A stretch of 64,000 nt of DNA from an uncultured Verrucomicrobiae bacterium (GCA_963707025.1 CAVPOM010000005.1:192001-256000), one strand, 5' to 3'. Counted from the stretch's first letter, positions 30,674 to 41,975 are shown. Made by a program: numbers and translations. Notes: generated by a model from the letters alone, not told the origin.

Positions 30674-30918
30674 CCCCGCAACGAAAAGCTTCCTTTTGGA
30701 GGCCGGGGCGTTACAGTTTCCAAATGAAATGGAAGCACTTTGCGGGCGCCGCCCTGTCGCCTTAGCCCGGCTCAGTGACTGCGCTCGATCGTGCGTGCAA
30801 AGTGTTTGCGTCGAATAACTTCCGCAAGCCGGCAAGCTGCTTCGTCCGTATTCATTTGGCCCTTTTAAGACACGAACAACTTGGTGTATATGGATTGTGA
30901 GGCGGCCAGCGAGCGTGT

Positions 30919-31299
30919 ATGGAATTTTTAAACTATTCATCAGTTCCGTTTGAGCTTTACATCGGATTATTTGCCGCAGCGTTCGTCGTCATCGTGGCTG
31001 GCGGTGCGTTACTGCGGTGGTCATTTCATCGCCGCGAGATTGGCGGCTATTTGCTCGCAGGTGGTTTCGGTTCGCTCATCGGTTTCATCGTTGCCACTGC
31101 GCCGTTCATCTATGAAACCGGCCAGCGCTATCTCACACGGATTTTCTTTGGCTATGATTACGAGGAGTGGCCACCGTTTTGGTGGCCGAGCTGGTTGCCC
31201 TGGGTTGGACCATTTTCCGGTTTTGTCATTGGCTCGGTGATCGGTTTCGCAGCAGGTTGTTATGTGTATTATTGGAGACATCGAAAATTTGCCGCCTAA
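30919..31299 (+). CDS. Cassette gene: membrane protein (about 3 TM segments)
   Basis: Bounded by GTGAGGCGGC (30897) and GCCGCCTAAC; stop lies in the inverse core. Confidence 0.8.
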   Translation: MEFLNYSSVPFELYIGLFAAAFVVIVAGGALLRWSFHRREIGGYLLAGGFGSLIGFIVATAPFIYETGQRYLTRIFFGYDYEEWPPFWWPSWLPWVGPFSGFVIGSVIGFAAGCYVYYWRHRKFAA

Positions 31300-31395
31300 C
31301 AAGTCGCCGGAGCCAACCGCCGTTGGCGCTTTTGTTTCCCGACAAGTCGGGATTCACATCCCACATCGGCGGTGGCTCAGCTTTCTACGTTAGGC
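31294..31395 (+). repeat. attC (102 bp), same family as attC2 and attC3
   Basis: GCCTAAC ... CCCGACAAGTCGGG ... GTTAGGC. Confidence 0.92.
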
Positions 31396-31399
31396 CGCC

Positions 31400-32131
31400 A
31401 TGACCTCCTTCATCATTCCAGCCCATAATGAAGAACTGTGGATTGGCAAGTGCCTGGCCAGTATCCGCACGGCTATGGCTGCACTGGCCGAGCCATACGA
31501 GGTGATTGTGGTGGACGACGCTTCGACCGATGCAACTCCTCGGATTGCAGAGCAAATGGGCGCTCGCACGATGCGAGTCGAGCATCGCAAAATCTCCGCC
31601 GTGCGCAATTCAGGCGCCCGCGCCGCGTCGGGCGAGGTGTTCATCTTCGTGGATGCGGATACGCAGGTGAATCAGGAAGCCGTCAGGGCGGCTCTTTCGG
31701 TTCTGCGTTCCGGCGCTGCCGGTGGCGCGTGTGTGTTTGAATTCGATGGCGAAATACCCCGGTGGGGGCGAATCCTTCATCGGTTTGGAGTCACGATGGG
31801 CCGGCTCTTTCGGCTGGCCGGAGGCTGTTTCCTTTTTTGCACGCGGCAGTCCTACGTGGCGACCGGCGGGTTTTCCGAGGACTTGCGCGCGGGTGAGGAT
31901 CTCGCGTTCGTTCTGGCGCTGAAGAAAGTCGGGCGCTTTGTCGTGCCCAAGCCGACCGTGGTCACTTCAGGGCGAAAGCTCAGCGTGGTAGGTCCTTGGG
32001 AAGTAATCATGTTGCTGGTGAGAATTGCGCTGCGGGGTCCGCGCTACGAGAATGGAAAGACGTTGGATTTTATGTATGGACGACGGGCTCAAGAATGCAG
32101 GAAACCAGCGCGGACGGGCAAGACGGCCTAA
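31400..32131 (+). CDS. Cassette gene: family 2 glycosyltransferase
   Basis: SFIIPAHNEE, VVDDASTD, FVDAD, GGFSEDL..ED; bounded by GTTAGGCCG / CGGCCTAAC. Confidence 0.9.
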   Translation: MTSFIIPAHNEELWIGKCLASIRTAMAALAEPYEVIVVDDASTDATPRIAEQMGARTMRVEHRKISAVRNSGARAASGEVFIFVDADTQVNQEAVRAALSVLRSGAAGGACVFEFDGEIPRWGRILHRFGVTMGRLFRLAGGCFLFCTRQSYVATGGFSEDLRAGEDLAFVLALKKVGRFVVPKPTVVTSGRKLSVVGPWEVIMLLVRIALRGPRYENGKTLDFMYGRRAQECRKPARTGKTA

Positions 32132-32156
32132 CAAGTCGCCGAAGCCAGCCGCCGTG
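32126..32156 (+). repeat. Left-half remnant of an attC site
   Basis: GCCTAACAAGTCGCCGAAGCCAGCCGCCGT, then homology to the attC family is lost. Confidence 0.75.
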
Positions 32157-32366
32157 CCGGGGGATTTTGAGATCAAGGTGGGGAAATCGTCGGCGGAAAT
32201 ATCTCTCCAGGGAATATTGAAGGTGACGCCGTGACGGAGCGACATTAGGCTTGACAGTGCGGCGGGGCGGATGGGGTGGGTCCGGGCCTTGGCGGGATGC
32301 GCCCGCGCCCGGCCTCTTGGAGAGGCCTGGTTGTCGAACCGGGACTTTGGCCCGGAGCCGGTGTCC

Positions 32367-32978
32367 TCACCGCTTCGGAGCAGTCGCATCCAAATGCCCA
32401 ACATCCTGCGCGGCCGAATCCAGAATCTGGGCCAGCGCCTGATTCCAGCCTGCCATGAGGGCCGCCGCCGTGCGCACTGGCAGCGGAATGACGCGCGAGT
32501 ATTCCCGTTGCAAAAGCAACTTTCCTGGAACGCCATTGGGAGCGTCCAAGAAGACAAAGCGCATGGCCAGGACGGCGGCGCCCTTTTCGGTTTGACGGAA
32601 ATCGCCATAAAGCTGGCCGACCTGGATCTCAACCAGCGTGTTGGGTTGGAGCGCGCTGCCAGTTTCCACCACCTCGCTGAACGCTCCGGATTCGCGGAGC
32701 CAATTACTAATGGGAGCGGCAAGTCCATCAGCCGGACGAACCATAAATTCCGCGTAGGGATCACGGTCGTAGGAGAACTCGCCCGATCGGTAAACAAATG
32801 CCCGGCCGTCGAACGGTGCGGCGACTTGCAGCGTCCGGATGCCGAGCACGCGACCGCCAGAGGCGATTGCGGGCGCCGGACGGGAGGGTGGATCGAAGAT
32901 GAACGATTGTTTGTCCAGGTGCGGACGGGCCAGGCATCCAGTCAACAAACAAACGGCGGCGAAAAGAACGGGCCTCAT
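32367..32978 (-). CDS. PqiC-like ABC auxiliary lipoprotein
   Basis: Lipobox LTGC, FVYR..E...DPYAEF, LYGDFR; last gene of the mla-type operon. Confidence 0.85.
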   Translation of the reverse strand: MRPVLFAAVCLLTGCLARPHLDKQSFIFDPPSRPAPAIASGGRVLGIRTLQVAAPFDGRAFVYRSGEFSYDRDPYAEFMVRPADGLAAPISNWLRESGAFSEVVETGSALQPNTLVEIQVGQLYGDFRQTEKGAAVLAMRFVFLDAPNGVPGKLLLQREYSRVIPLPVRTAAALMAGWNQALAQILDSAAQDVGHLDATAPKR

Positions 32979-33002
32979 TATGTGAGGGATGTGCATGGAT
33001 CG

Positions 33003-33971
33003 TTATGGGTGGGCGGGCTGAACCTCCCTGAGCCGGGGCGGCGGCTGCCCGAAAATAAAGCCCGAAGGATATTGTTTCAGTTCGTTGAGCACCTCGTCCA
33101 TGTTTTGGATGGCCTCGCGAGCCCGGGCCAGAGTTTGATTCAAGGAATCAAAATCAACACTGGCCAAGCCGGGTTCCAGTTTGCCGATCATCTCCTGTAA
33201 TTGTCCCACGAGCGCGTCGGCATCCCGCGTCAATTTCTCCAATTGCAGTTTTTTCAAGGTGCCATCCGTGTCGGCGATGAAGGATTGAAGTCTGGCATTG
33301 CTTTGGCGTATTTCCAACAGAAGCGCAGCGGCATTGGTGCTCAGTTTTTCAAGGTCCACCTGCTCGACCTTGTCCAAGACGCGACTGACGGATTTAAGGT
33401 CCGCTTCGGCCGTCTGATTGAGCGCGGCGATATCAAGATGTTCCAACTGATGCAGTGCCTTTTGCAGCGAAACCAGCAGATCGCCCAGCAAACCTGGCGC
33501 CGACGGGATATAGGTATGCCGGGGCGTCCACGGAATCTTGGCCGGAGGGTTTTCGGCCGGATCCAGGTATTCCAGCGAGACGATGCAGGTCCCGGTGACA
33601 CCCTGGGCTTTGAGGCGGGCGCGCAAGCCACGATCCACCGCGGCTTGGAGCTGCTGGTGCCACCCGTTGCCCAATGGTCCCGCGAAGACGTCATCCCGCA
33701 TCTCGAAGACCACCACCACCCAGCCCGGCTGGGTGTCCTGGTATTCATTCCAGGAAAAACCAATGTGGGCGACTTTGCCGACATGGACACCCCGGAATTC
33801 AACGGCCGAACCAACCGACAGGCCACTCACATCAGCGGGAACATAGGTTTCAAACAAGCTCTTCTTTTCGAACGTGCTCCAGGTGCCGAAGGCCAGCACG
33901 CCCGTGAGGAGCAGGCCAAGGCCGACCAGGGTGAAAAGTCCCAGTTTGAAATTGTTGGTTTTCGCGCCCAT
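33003..33971 (-). CDS. MlaD/MCE-domain protein
   Basis: N-terminal TM, VSGLSVGSAVEFRGVHVGKV, GLRARL..QGVTG, helical C-terminus. Confidence 0.9.
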   Translation of the reverse strand: MGAKTNNFKLGLFTLVGLGLLLTGVLAFGTWSTFEKKSLFETYVPADVSGLSVGSAVEFRGVHVGKVAHIGFSWNEYQDTQPGWVVVVFEMRDDVFAGPLGNGWHQQLQAAVDRGLRARLKAQGVTGTCIVSLEYLDPAENPPAKIPWTPRHTYIPSAPGLLGDLLVSLQKALHQLEHLDIAALNQTAEADLKSVSRVLDKVEQVDLEKLSTNAAALLLEIRQSNARLQSFIADTDGTLKKLQLEKLTRDADALVGQLQEMIGKLEPGLASVDFDSLNQTLARAREAIQNMDEVLNELKQYPSGFIFGQPPPRLREVQPAHP

Positions 33972-33977
33972 GGCAAG

Positions 33978-34763
33978 CTAGGTGGGTTGGAGCGAATGGC
34001 TGGGATCTGCTTCCCGGTTGAAAAAGCGATGCACCCACGGATCCATGTTGTGATCACGCAGATCGGCGGGCTTTCCTTGCGCGATGATCCCCCTGGCCTG
34101 ACAGTCCACCATAATCACACGGTCCGCCACGGCGTAAATGCTGGCCAACTCGTGTGAGACAATCACGAAAGTGATGCCGAAATTGCGGGCCAAACCAGAG
34201 ACCAGGAGGTCTATCCCCGCCGAAGTGATCGGGTCCAGCCCGGCGGAGGGTTCGTCCAGGAACAGAATTCCCGGGTCCATCGCCATGGCGCGGGCGATGG
34301 CGGCCCGCTTTTGCATGCCGCCGCTCAATTCGGCCGGCATTTTGTTGGCCGCGCCGCCCAGCCCCACCATTTTCAGTTTTGCCAGGGCCACCAATTCCTT
34401 CAATGGCTTGGGCAATTCCGTAAACTCGTCGAGCGGCAGTTGCACGTTTTCGAGCACCGTCATCGAGCCGAAAAGAGCGCCGCTTTGGTACATGACGCCA
34501 AATTTGCGCAGGAGCCGCAGCCGCTCGTCGCCTTCCGCCGCAACCAAGTTGCCGCCTTCGATCCACACGTCGCCCGAAAGCGGCGGATAAAGCCCGATCA
34601 TCGTCTTCATCAGTGTGCTTTTGCCACAGCCCGATTCGCCCAGGATCACAAAAACTTCGCCGCGCCTGACCTGGAAGGTGACCTTCTCAAGGATGACCCT
34701 CTCCCCGTAACCGATGCTCAGGTCTTGGACGGAAATCACAACGTCATCCGGCTCATTCATCAT
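33978..34763 (-). CDS. MlaF-type ABC ATPase
   Basis: GESGCGKST, LSGGMQKR, LFLDEPSAGLDP, SH motif. Confidence 0.93.
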   Translation of the reverse strand: MMNEPDDVVISVQDLSIGYGERVILEKVTFQVRRGEVFVILGESGCGKSTLMKTMIGLYPPLSGDVWIEGGNLVAAEGDERLRLLRKFGVMYQSGALFGSMTVLENVQLPLDEFTELPKPLKELVALAKLKMVGLGGAANKMPAELSGGMQKRAAIARAMAMDPGILFLDEPSAGLDPITSAGIDLLVSGLARNFGITFVIVSHELASIYAVADRVIMVDCQARGIIAQGKPADLRDHNMDPWVHRFFNREADPSHSLQPT

Positions 34764-35899
34764 TTTAGGAAGTAAGAAATGGTGGAAAAACAGGCGTCGG
34801 CCACGATGATGAGCAGGAGGCTGGTCACGACCGCCCGGGTGGTGGACAGGCCAACGGCGCTGGGTCCTTGCTGTGTTTGCAGCCCGCGCCAGCATCCCAC
34901 CCCGGCAACAATGATCCCGAAAACCACGCTTTTCTCGATTCCCACCGCCAGGTCATGCAGATGAACACTCGAGGCCATTTGGTGGAGGATCAGCATCAGA
35001 GAAAACCCCAGCCCCAGCATCACCAAAACTCCACCCGCCACACCCATCAGAATCGAGTAACAGGTCAGCAGGGGCGCCACCAGAACTCCCGCGACGACGC
35101 GGGGCACGACGAGAAAGCGGATGGGGTCCAGGCCCAAGGTTTCCAGCGCGTTGAGTTCCTCGTTGATCTTCATGGTGCCGATCTCGGCCGCAAAAGCCGA
35201 AGCCGACCGGCCGGCGAGCAGGATGGCCGTCATGAGCGGCCCCATCTCCCGCACCATGACCACGGTGATGGTGTTGGCCACATAAATCTGCGCGCCAAAT
35301 TCGGCCAGGCGCTGGGCCGATTCGAAGGCGATGATGAACCCGAGCAACAAGCTGATGAGAGAAACGATGGGAACCGCATTGGCGCCTGCCAGTTCGAACA
35401 CATGGCGAACCTCCGGCCATCGCATGCGCTTTGGATGGATGAGGGAGATGGGCAGATTGGCGGCCACACCTCCCAAAAAGCTCACTTGGCTGCTCAAATC
35501 TCCCATCAATTGGCTGGCCGCAAGGCCCGTTTCTTCGACCAGAGGATGGCTGTTCTCCTGTTGCTGTGGGTAAAACGTGTCGTAGTCCTGAGGGGTGAAG
35601 CCTTCGAAGATTCTCTGAAATCCCGCCGCCAACCCGGCCACGGAGACCTTTGCCCCAGGCGTCATTTTACCCATGTGCAAATACCGGAGCAAAGCAAAGC
35701 CGGCGCCCCCGCAGAAATCAACCCCGCTGACGTCCACTTCGAGGGCCTGGACGCGCGCCCCACGCAGGCTCCGTTCCAGGCGGTACCAGCAATCCGCCAC
35801 GGTCCGGGCACTCAGCCGCCCCCGCAGAACCACACGGGCAAGACCGTCCGGGCCGAGTTTGACCTCAGCTTCATATTCTGTTTGCGGGGCGGCCGGCAT
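34760..35899 (-). CDS. MlaE-type permease with N-terminal STAS-like domain
   Basis: REMGPLMTAILLAGRSASAFAAEIGTMKINEE, VGLSTTRAVV. Confidence 0.92.
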   Translation of the reverse strand: MPAAPQTEYEAEVKLGPDGLARVVLRGRLSARTVADCWYRLERSLRGARVQALEVDVSGVDFCGGAGFALLRYLHMGKMTPGAKVSVAGLAAGFQRIFEGFTPQDYDTFYPQQQENSHPLVEETGLAASQLMGDLSSQVSFLGGVAANLPISLIHPKRMRWPEVRHVFELAGANAVPIVSLISLLLGFIIAFESAQRLAEFGAQIYVANTITVVMVREMGPLMTAILLAGRSASAFAAEIGTMKINEELNALETLGLDPIRFLVVPRVVAGVLVAPLLTCYSILMGVAGGVLVMLGLGFSLMLILHQMASSVHLHDLAVGIEKSVVFGIIVAGVGCWRGLQTQQGPSAVGLSTTRAVVTSLLLIIVADACFSTISYFLK

Positions 35900-35903
35900 G
35901 GTT

Positions 35904-37302
35904 TCAATTGGAGGGTTTGCGATGGAGAGGAAGCCGGACTTTGAAGCGTGTTTCGCCGGGCTTGGACTCGAATTCGATTTCGCCGCCATGCCGCTCGGCA
36001 ACGATGCGATTGCTGATGATCAGGCCCAGACCGGTGCCGGAGCCGACGGGTTTGGTGGTGTAGAACGGCTCGAAGAGGTGCGCCTGCACGTCCGGCGGGA
36101 TGCCGGGGCCGTCGTCCACAATTTCCACGACCAGTTGATTGTCTTCCTGGCATGTGCCAACGCAAATTTGGCCGGCGCCTTTGACCGCGTCGATGGCATT
36201 GTCCACCAGATTTGTCCAAACCTGATTGAGTTCGCCGCCGTAAGCCATGAGGCGCGGGATGGAGCGATCAAACGCCCGCTTGAGCGTCACATTCTTCAAT
36301 TTGTGGCCCAGCATCGCCAGTGTGCTCTCGAGGCCGTCGTGGATGTCCACTTCCTGCATGGGGGATTGATCCATGTGAGAATAGGACTTGACGGCTTTGA
36401 CCAATTCGGCGATGCGGCCCGTGCTCTGTTCGATCTGGCTCAGCAGCAGTTTCAGATTCAGGCGCGATTCCAGCCAGGCCAGGGCATCCGCATGGCTTTC
36501 GGCCGGCAGTTTGCCCGCCAATTCTGCCAGCCATGAGATGTCCACGCCGGCACTGACAAAGGTCGGGGCCAGCTCCCAGGGCGTCGCGACAGCGCGATTT
36601 TGGAGCCAATTGGCGATCTTATCCGCGCGATCACTGCGCTCAAGGTGGTCGAGCGCAGGGGCGCCTGGGAGTCGTTCCGCCGCATCTTGCGCGGCGAAGG
36701 CAAGATCGCGCCATTGGTCATGCCGGAGGATTTTGGAAAGATGACAGAGAAGGGTTTGCGCTTTATCGGTGACCTCCCGCAAATGCGCGGCCGCCCGGCG
36801 GGCCGCCGAGGCCGGATTATTCAGTTCGTGCGCCAGACCCGCCGCCATCGTGCCGAGGGCGGCGAGTTTTTCGCGCTGCTGGGAGTAGCCTTCCAGGTTG
36901 CGCATTTTGTTGGCCGCGGATTGAAAAATCTGCCGGGCCACCGAAGGGCAGGTGCTCAGCATCCGCCAGAAATCGTCCTGGTGGAGGCGGAACAACCTGG
37001 CAGGCTTCCCCACCCGGGCCGTGGCGAGCCAGGGAATGTCCAGCAGCAGGGTGATTTCGCCCGTGTAATGGCCCGGCTTCATGACGCCCATCAGGATTGA
37101 CTGGCGATCATAAGTCCGCGTCAGACGCAATTCGCCCTGGAGAATGACAAAGAAAAACGGGGACCGTTCTCCTTCGGAAACAAGAACGGTTTCGGAGGGC
37201 GCGTCAATCACTTCGCCCGGTTGGAGGCATTCCAGTTGCGCGTCCGTCAAGGTCGGCAAAGAGCGGAGCGGAACGGACTTGTTGGAGAGTCGCCTGGTTC
37301 AT
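35904..37302 (-). CDS. cNMP-binding-domain sensor histidine kinase; apparent frameshift near 37250
   Basis: AAGLAHELNNP, NQVWTNLVDNAIDA, DDGPGIP, FYTTKPVGSGTGLGL; MNQATLQQVRSAPLFADL begins at 37302 in a different frame. Confidence 0.88.
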
Positions 37303-38967
37303 GGCTGTAAGAGGTCCAGGTATTCATGCACCAGTTTTACGGCCATGGCGCCTTCGCCCACGCCCGAGGTGACACCCTTGGCGGAGCGATGGCGGACATC
37401 GCCAGCCACGAAAATGCCCGGCACACTGGTCTCAAGATAAAACGGATCGCGGTCCGCCGGCCATCCGGCCGGGCGCCGTCCTTCCCGCATCAGGTGCTGG
37501 CCGGAAATCAGGTAGCCTTGCGCATCCCGCTCGACCAACCCGTTGAGCCAATCGGTGCGGGGAATGGCGCCCGCGTAAATCAGCAAGGCGCTGGCGGGCA
37601 CGGTTTCTTGCAAACACGTTTTGCTGTCGAGGATGGTGATGTTTTCGCACCGGTCCGCGCCCTGCACCGCGATGACGCTGGAATTGAATCTCACGGCGAT
37701 GTTTTTCGTGGCGGCGATTTGGTTTTCCAAGTATTGCGACATGGTCGCCGACAGGCAACCGGCGCGCACCAGCATGGTGACCTGGCGGGCGAATTTGGAA
37801 AAATACATGGCGCCCTGCCCCGCTGAGTTGGCGCCGCCCACGATGTAAACATCGCCGCCGCGATACGAAAAAGCCTCGGACATGGGCGCATAGTAATAGA
37901 CGCCCGCGCCGTTGAGCTTGTCCAGCCCCGGCACATCCAATTTCCGGAAGGCAATGCCGGTGGCGATCAGGAGCGCCCGGCAGCCAACTTCCGCGCCATC
38001 CTCCAGTGTCAGAACACGCGCCGGTCCTTCGACCCGCACTTTTTTGACCTCCTGCGGCGCGAGAATCTCCACGCCAAAACGGCGCGCCTGCGCGACCGCG
38101 CGCCGCGCCAGATCGAAACCGCTCAGACCCACGGGAAAGCCGAGATAGTTTTCAATGCGAGAACTCCGCCCCGCCTGGCCGCCGGGCGCCTCGCGTTCGA
38201 CCAGCAGGGTGTGCAGGCCATCCGCGGCGCCATAAACCGCGGCGGCCAGACCTGCCGGACCCGCGCCCACCACGACTAAATCATAAAAAGGAAACTCCGC
38301 TTTGGTTTTCAATCCCAGCTTGCGGGCGATCTCCGCGATGGGCGGGTTGCTCAGGAAGGATCCATCGGCAAACACCACGATCGGCAAGGCCGCCGCGCCG
38401 GCCCCCGTGGATTGGAGAAGTTGTTTGGCCGCCGTCGTCCTCCTCGACGTTGAGCCATTGGTGGGGCACAAAATTGCGCCCGAGAAAATCGCGGATCTCA
38501 TTGGCATGGGCAGACCACCGATGACCGATCACCCGCACCCCTTCGAAAGCGGGATGATAGGTAGCCTGCCAATCATCGAGCAAATCATCCACCACGCCAT
38601 AGAGCCGTTCCTCCGGCGGGTCCCACGGTTTCATCAGGTAATGGTCAATTTGCACGCTGTTGATGGCGCGAATGGCCGCATCCGTGTCCGCGTACGCCGT
38701 CAACAAGGCGCGCTTGGCCTCCGGATAAAGCACGATGGCCTTTTCCAGGAATTCCACGCCCGACATGCGCGGCATCCTTTGGTCCACCAGAAAAAGGGCC
38801 ACCGCCTCATTGCGCAGCTTCAATTGGTTGACGGCTTCGAGGGCGGAAGCGCCGGAATCGGCGGAGATGACCTTGTAGCGGTCGCCATATTGGCGGCGCA
38901 GATCCCGCTCCACGGCCCGCAACACGTCCGGATCGTCGTCCACTGTCCAGATTACAGGTTTGGGCAT
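37299..38967 (-). CDS. Receiver domain / thioredoxin-reductase-like fusion; frameshift near 38430
   Basis: VDDD..DQRMP..LLTAY..MKPW receiver; GAGPAG, GGQAGRSSRIENYLGFP, GGANSAGQ, FVAGDVR. Confidence 0.88.
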
Positions 38968-38981
38968 ATCGTCGTTTACTT

Positions 38982-39617
38982 TTATTCCGTTGGTTTGGGC
39001 AAGACCGGTTCGGCAAACCAAGTGTCACTGGGAACCTGCGCCAGACCTGGATAGACGGTGTAACCCGCCAAATGCGCCAGATTGACAATCCCGATGCCTC
39101 CCCGGCGCAGGCGCATGTGAAATCCGCCGCCGGACAAAAGAAATTGCATGAACGATTGGCTTTCCGCCGGCAGTTTGACCGGGAATTCCGCCATCAGAAA
39201 GAGGGGCCTGCCCCCAGTCAAGTGCAATTTGTAAAAGGACACCAAGAGGTCGCCGACCGGGGTGGGGTGGTTCCGCTTGGCCATGAGTGCCGGCTGGTCC
39301 AGATGCGCGAGCTTCCTGAAATCACTCTCCGAAAGCTCGACGACATCGGCATAACCGCCCCGGAATTCCCAGCACTTGTAGGCGTCCTGAATGAAATCAA
39401 GGCGCAGAATCTGGGAGGAGACAAAAACCGACTTGGAATATTCACCGGCGAGAATCAGGCGGGGCTGAGAGAATAACCGCGAAGGCTCGATGTTTTCCCA
39501 GATCCGCCGGGCCTCAGTTTCGTCGGTGGTGGCAAAGGACTCCATCGAACCATCCGTGAGGTGTGCTCGAATGACGAACTCCGGCTTTTTTGGCTCCAGG
39601 CGGGCTTTTGTTTTCAT
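38982..39617 (-). CDS. Hypothetical protein
   Basis: 211-aa ORF with AAGGA upstream, 14 bp before the receiver-TrxB start. Confidence 0.7.
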   Translation of the reverse strand: MKTKARLEPKKPEFVIRAHLTDGSMESFATTDETEARRIWENIEPSRLFSQPRLILAGEYSKSVFVSSQILRLDFIQDAYKCWEFRGGYADVVELSESDFRKLAHLDQPALMAKRNHPTPVGDLLVSFYKLHLTGGRPLFLMAEFPVKLPAESQSFMQFLLSGGGFHMRLRRGGIGIVNLAHLAGYTVYPGLAQVPSDTWFAEPVLPKPTE

Positions 39618-39666
39618 GTGGTGGATTTCCTTTTATTTATTTGACAATTCATGCTGTCGGCAAAAA

Positions 39667-40614
39667 TCAAGTCGCCCCGACGGAAGGCAACTCCATGGGG
39701 TAATCGCGTTCCCGCCAGGCCTCGTATCCTCCCAATAAAGGCCGGACCCGCGAGAAACCTTTGCGCTGAAGCTGCAACGCGACTCGCGCGGCGCTCACCT
39801 CGTTGGGGCAGGAACAATAGAGAATGATGTCGTGGTCACGAGGCACCTTGTCCAGATGGCCGTCCACTTCATCCATGCCCACATGAAGGGCGCCGCGGAT
39901 TATCGCAGGGTCTTCTGCCAACGCGGCGCGAGAGCGCAAATCCAGAATCATGAGATTCTCGCCCGCCTCCAGTTTCTGATGCAGTTCATCCACCGTAATC
40001 CGCGCCATCCGCAGCTTGCGCAACAAGAGTTGTCTCTGGAAAAACTTGTAGCCGATGTAAAGGGCAGCCAACCCGGCCATCAGCCCAAGCGCACCGCTGC
40101 CAAGGCTGCCGACCGCAGCCATGACCCGTTCCAACTGACGGCTGAACAGGATTCCCACAAGGAGGAAGCTCCCGGCATAAAGCAACGACCCCGCTCCATC
40201 GAAAAGAAGGAAGCGCGCGGTGCTCACGCCAGAACTGCCCGCCAGCGGTGGCGCCAGCGTGCTCAAGCCGGGAACGAATTTCGCCGCCACGACTCCCTGT
40301 ATCCCGTAACGCGCAAACACATCCTGCGTCCGGCGGACACACGAGTCCGGCTCCAGGGAGATGCGGCAGAGGAGACCCAACACCCGGTGGCCGTAATGGC
40401 GCCCCAGAAAGAACCAAACCAAATCGGCCAGCAACGAGCCAAAAGCGGCGGCGCCGAGCGCCACACCCAAATTCATTTGGCCGGTGCCGACCAAAGCGCC
40501 TGCGGCGAACAACCAGGGTATGGAGGGCAGCGGCACGCCGATTTGTTCGACAAATACCGCCGCAAACAATACGACGGCGCCATGCCGGACTAGAAACTGC
40601 AGAGACTCATTCAT
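39667..40614 (-). CDS. DedA/VTT membrane protein fused to a rhodanese domain
   Basis: EQIGVPLP, SLEPDSCV, AKFVPG; YCSCPNEVSA, PLLGG. Confidence 0.9.
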   Translation of the reverse strand: MNESLQFLVRHGAVVLFAAVFVEQIGVPLPSIPWLFAAGALVGTGQMNLGVALGAAAFGSLLADLVWFFLGRHYGHRVLGLLCRISLEPDSCVRRTQDVFARYGIQGVVAAKFVPGLSTLAPPLAGSSGVSTARFLLFDGAGSLLYAGSFLLVGILFSRQLERVMAAVGSLGSGALGLMAGLAALYIGYKFFQRQLLLRKLRMARITVDELHQKLEAGENLMILDLRSRAALAEDPAIIRGALHVGMDEVDGHLDKVPRDHDIILYCSCPNEVSAARVALQLQRKGFSRVRPLLGGYEAWRERDYPMELPSVGAT

Positions 40615-40956
40615 GAATGCTGTTCATGGGTACTTACCGCTGCGCTGCAACACCCCAATTTTTCATAATGTCATCGCCTTGTCAAATACCCCCTGAGGTG
40701 GCCGCTTCAGGGCATGCCACAGCCCGGCTGCGCCGCAATTTGAAGCAGGGCAGCCATCGCGCCAAAAGGCGGCGCACCGAGGCTGTGACGCCGCTGCAAA
40801 AATTCGGGGCTGTTGCAGGCATGGGGTTGGCCAACTGCCTTTCAACGCGACATCAGCGCCCATTATGTTCCGCATAAGAGGCCTCGCACAAGAGGAATTC
40901 GTCCGGCCAAAACCGAAACCGGCTGGAATAAGGCGCGCGCAGCAATGGCGCCCGCC

Positions 40957-41975
40957 TCAGTTCCTTTGATTGACTGGCGCCAATTCCTCCGGGGTGACGG
41001 TCAAATGGATTTTCTCGGTATGGCGGATGATGGTGATCCGGGTTGGCCTGCCGATGGCGGCGGCGACCAACTGGCGATGCAATTCGTCTATCTGTGAAAC
41101 AGTTTGGTCGTTAAACCCCACGATGACGTCGCCTTCCTGCAGAGCAGCCCGTTGCGCAGGGCTCCCGGCTCAAGCCCCGCCACCAACACGCCGTGGTTGG
41201 CGGGCAATCTGTGGAAACGAACGACTCGCGGATGAATGGGCACGTTCTGCCCGGCCACGCCAATCCAACTGCGCCGGATGCGGCCTTCCTTGATCAACCA
41301 AGCCGCCACAAACTTGGCGGTGTTGCTGGCAATGGCGAAACAAATTCCCTGCGCCGGAAGAATAATGGCCGTGTTCACTCCGATGACTTCACCGCGTGAA
41401 TCGAGCAGCGGACCACCCGAGTTGCCGGGATTCAAGGCCGCATCGGTTTGAATGATGTTGTCAATGAGCCGTCCGGATTGGGAGCGCATCGAGCGGCCCA
41501 ACGCGCTCACCACGCCGGCGGTCACGGTCTGCTGAAAACCATACGGACTGCCGATGGCGATGGCAATCTGTCCCACGCGCACGGATTGCGAATCCCCCAG
41601 CTTGACATGGACCAGATCGGCGGCCTGAACCCGAATCACCGCCAGGTCCGCTTCCGGGTCGTCTCCCACCAGGGAGCCGTTCATGGAACGGCCATCCGCC
41701 AGCGCGACTTCGAGCTGGCCCGCGCCATGGACGACATGGCTGTTGGTCAGAATGTAGCCGTCGGGCGCGATGACAAAGCCTGAACCGCTGCCGCCGGAAT
41801 CCATGCCATTCGGCCGCTCAGGGCGGAGGCGCTGGGCGCGGATGTTCACCACGGTGGGCCGCACCTTGTCAACAACCCTCGACACGGTCCGGGAATAACT
41901 GTCGAGCAATTCGTCATCGGCCGAGGGCAGCGTGACGAGCTCATCCCCAGCCGCGGAACTTGTTTCGCCGTTCAT
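40957..41975 (-). CDS. HtrA/DegP-like serine protease with PDZ domain; frameshift near 41160
   Basis: GSGF, LTNSHVV, DLAVI, TDAALNPGNSGGPL; the PDZ domain continues in another frame to TGA at 40957. Confidence 0.88.

Noticed and set aside
32126..32250. Full-length attC ending at ATTAGGC 32244-32250
   Set aside because: The right arm (CGGCGGTGGCTCAGC) is missing and the core lacks GTT; only the left half is credible
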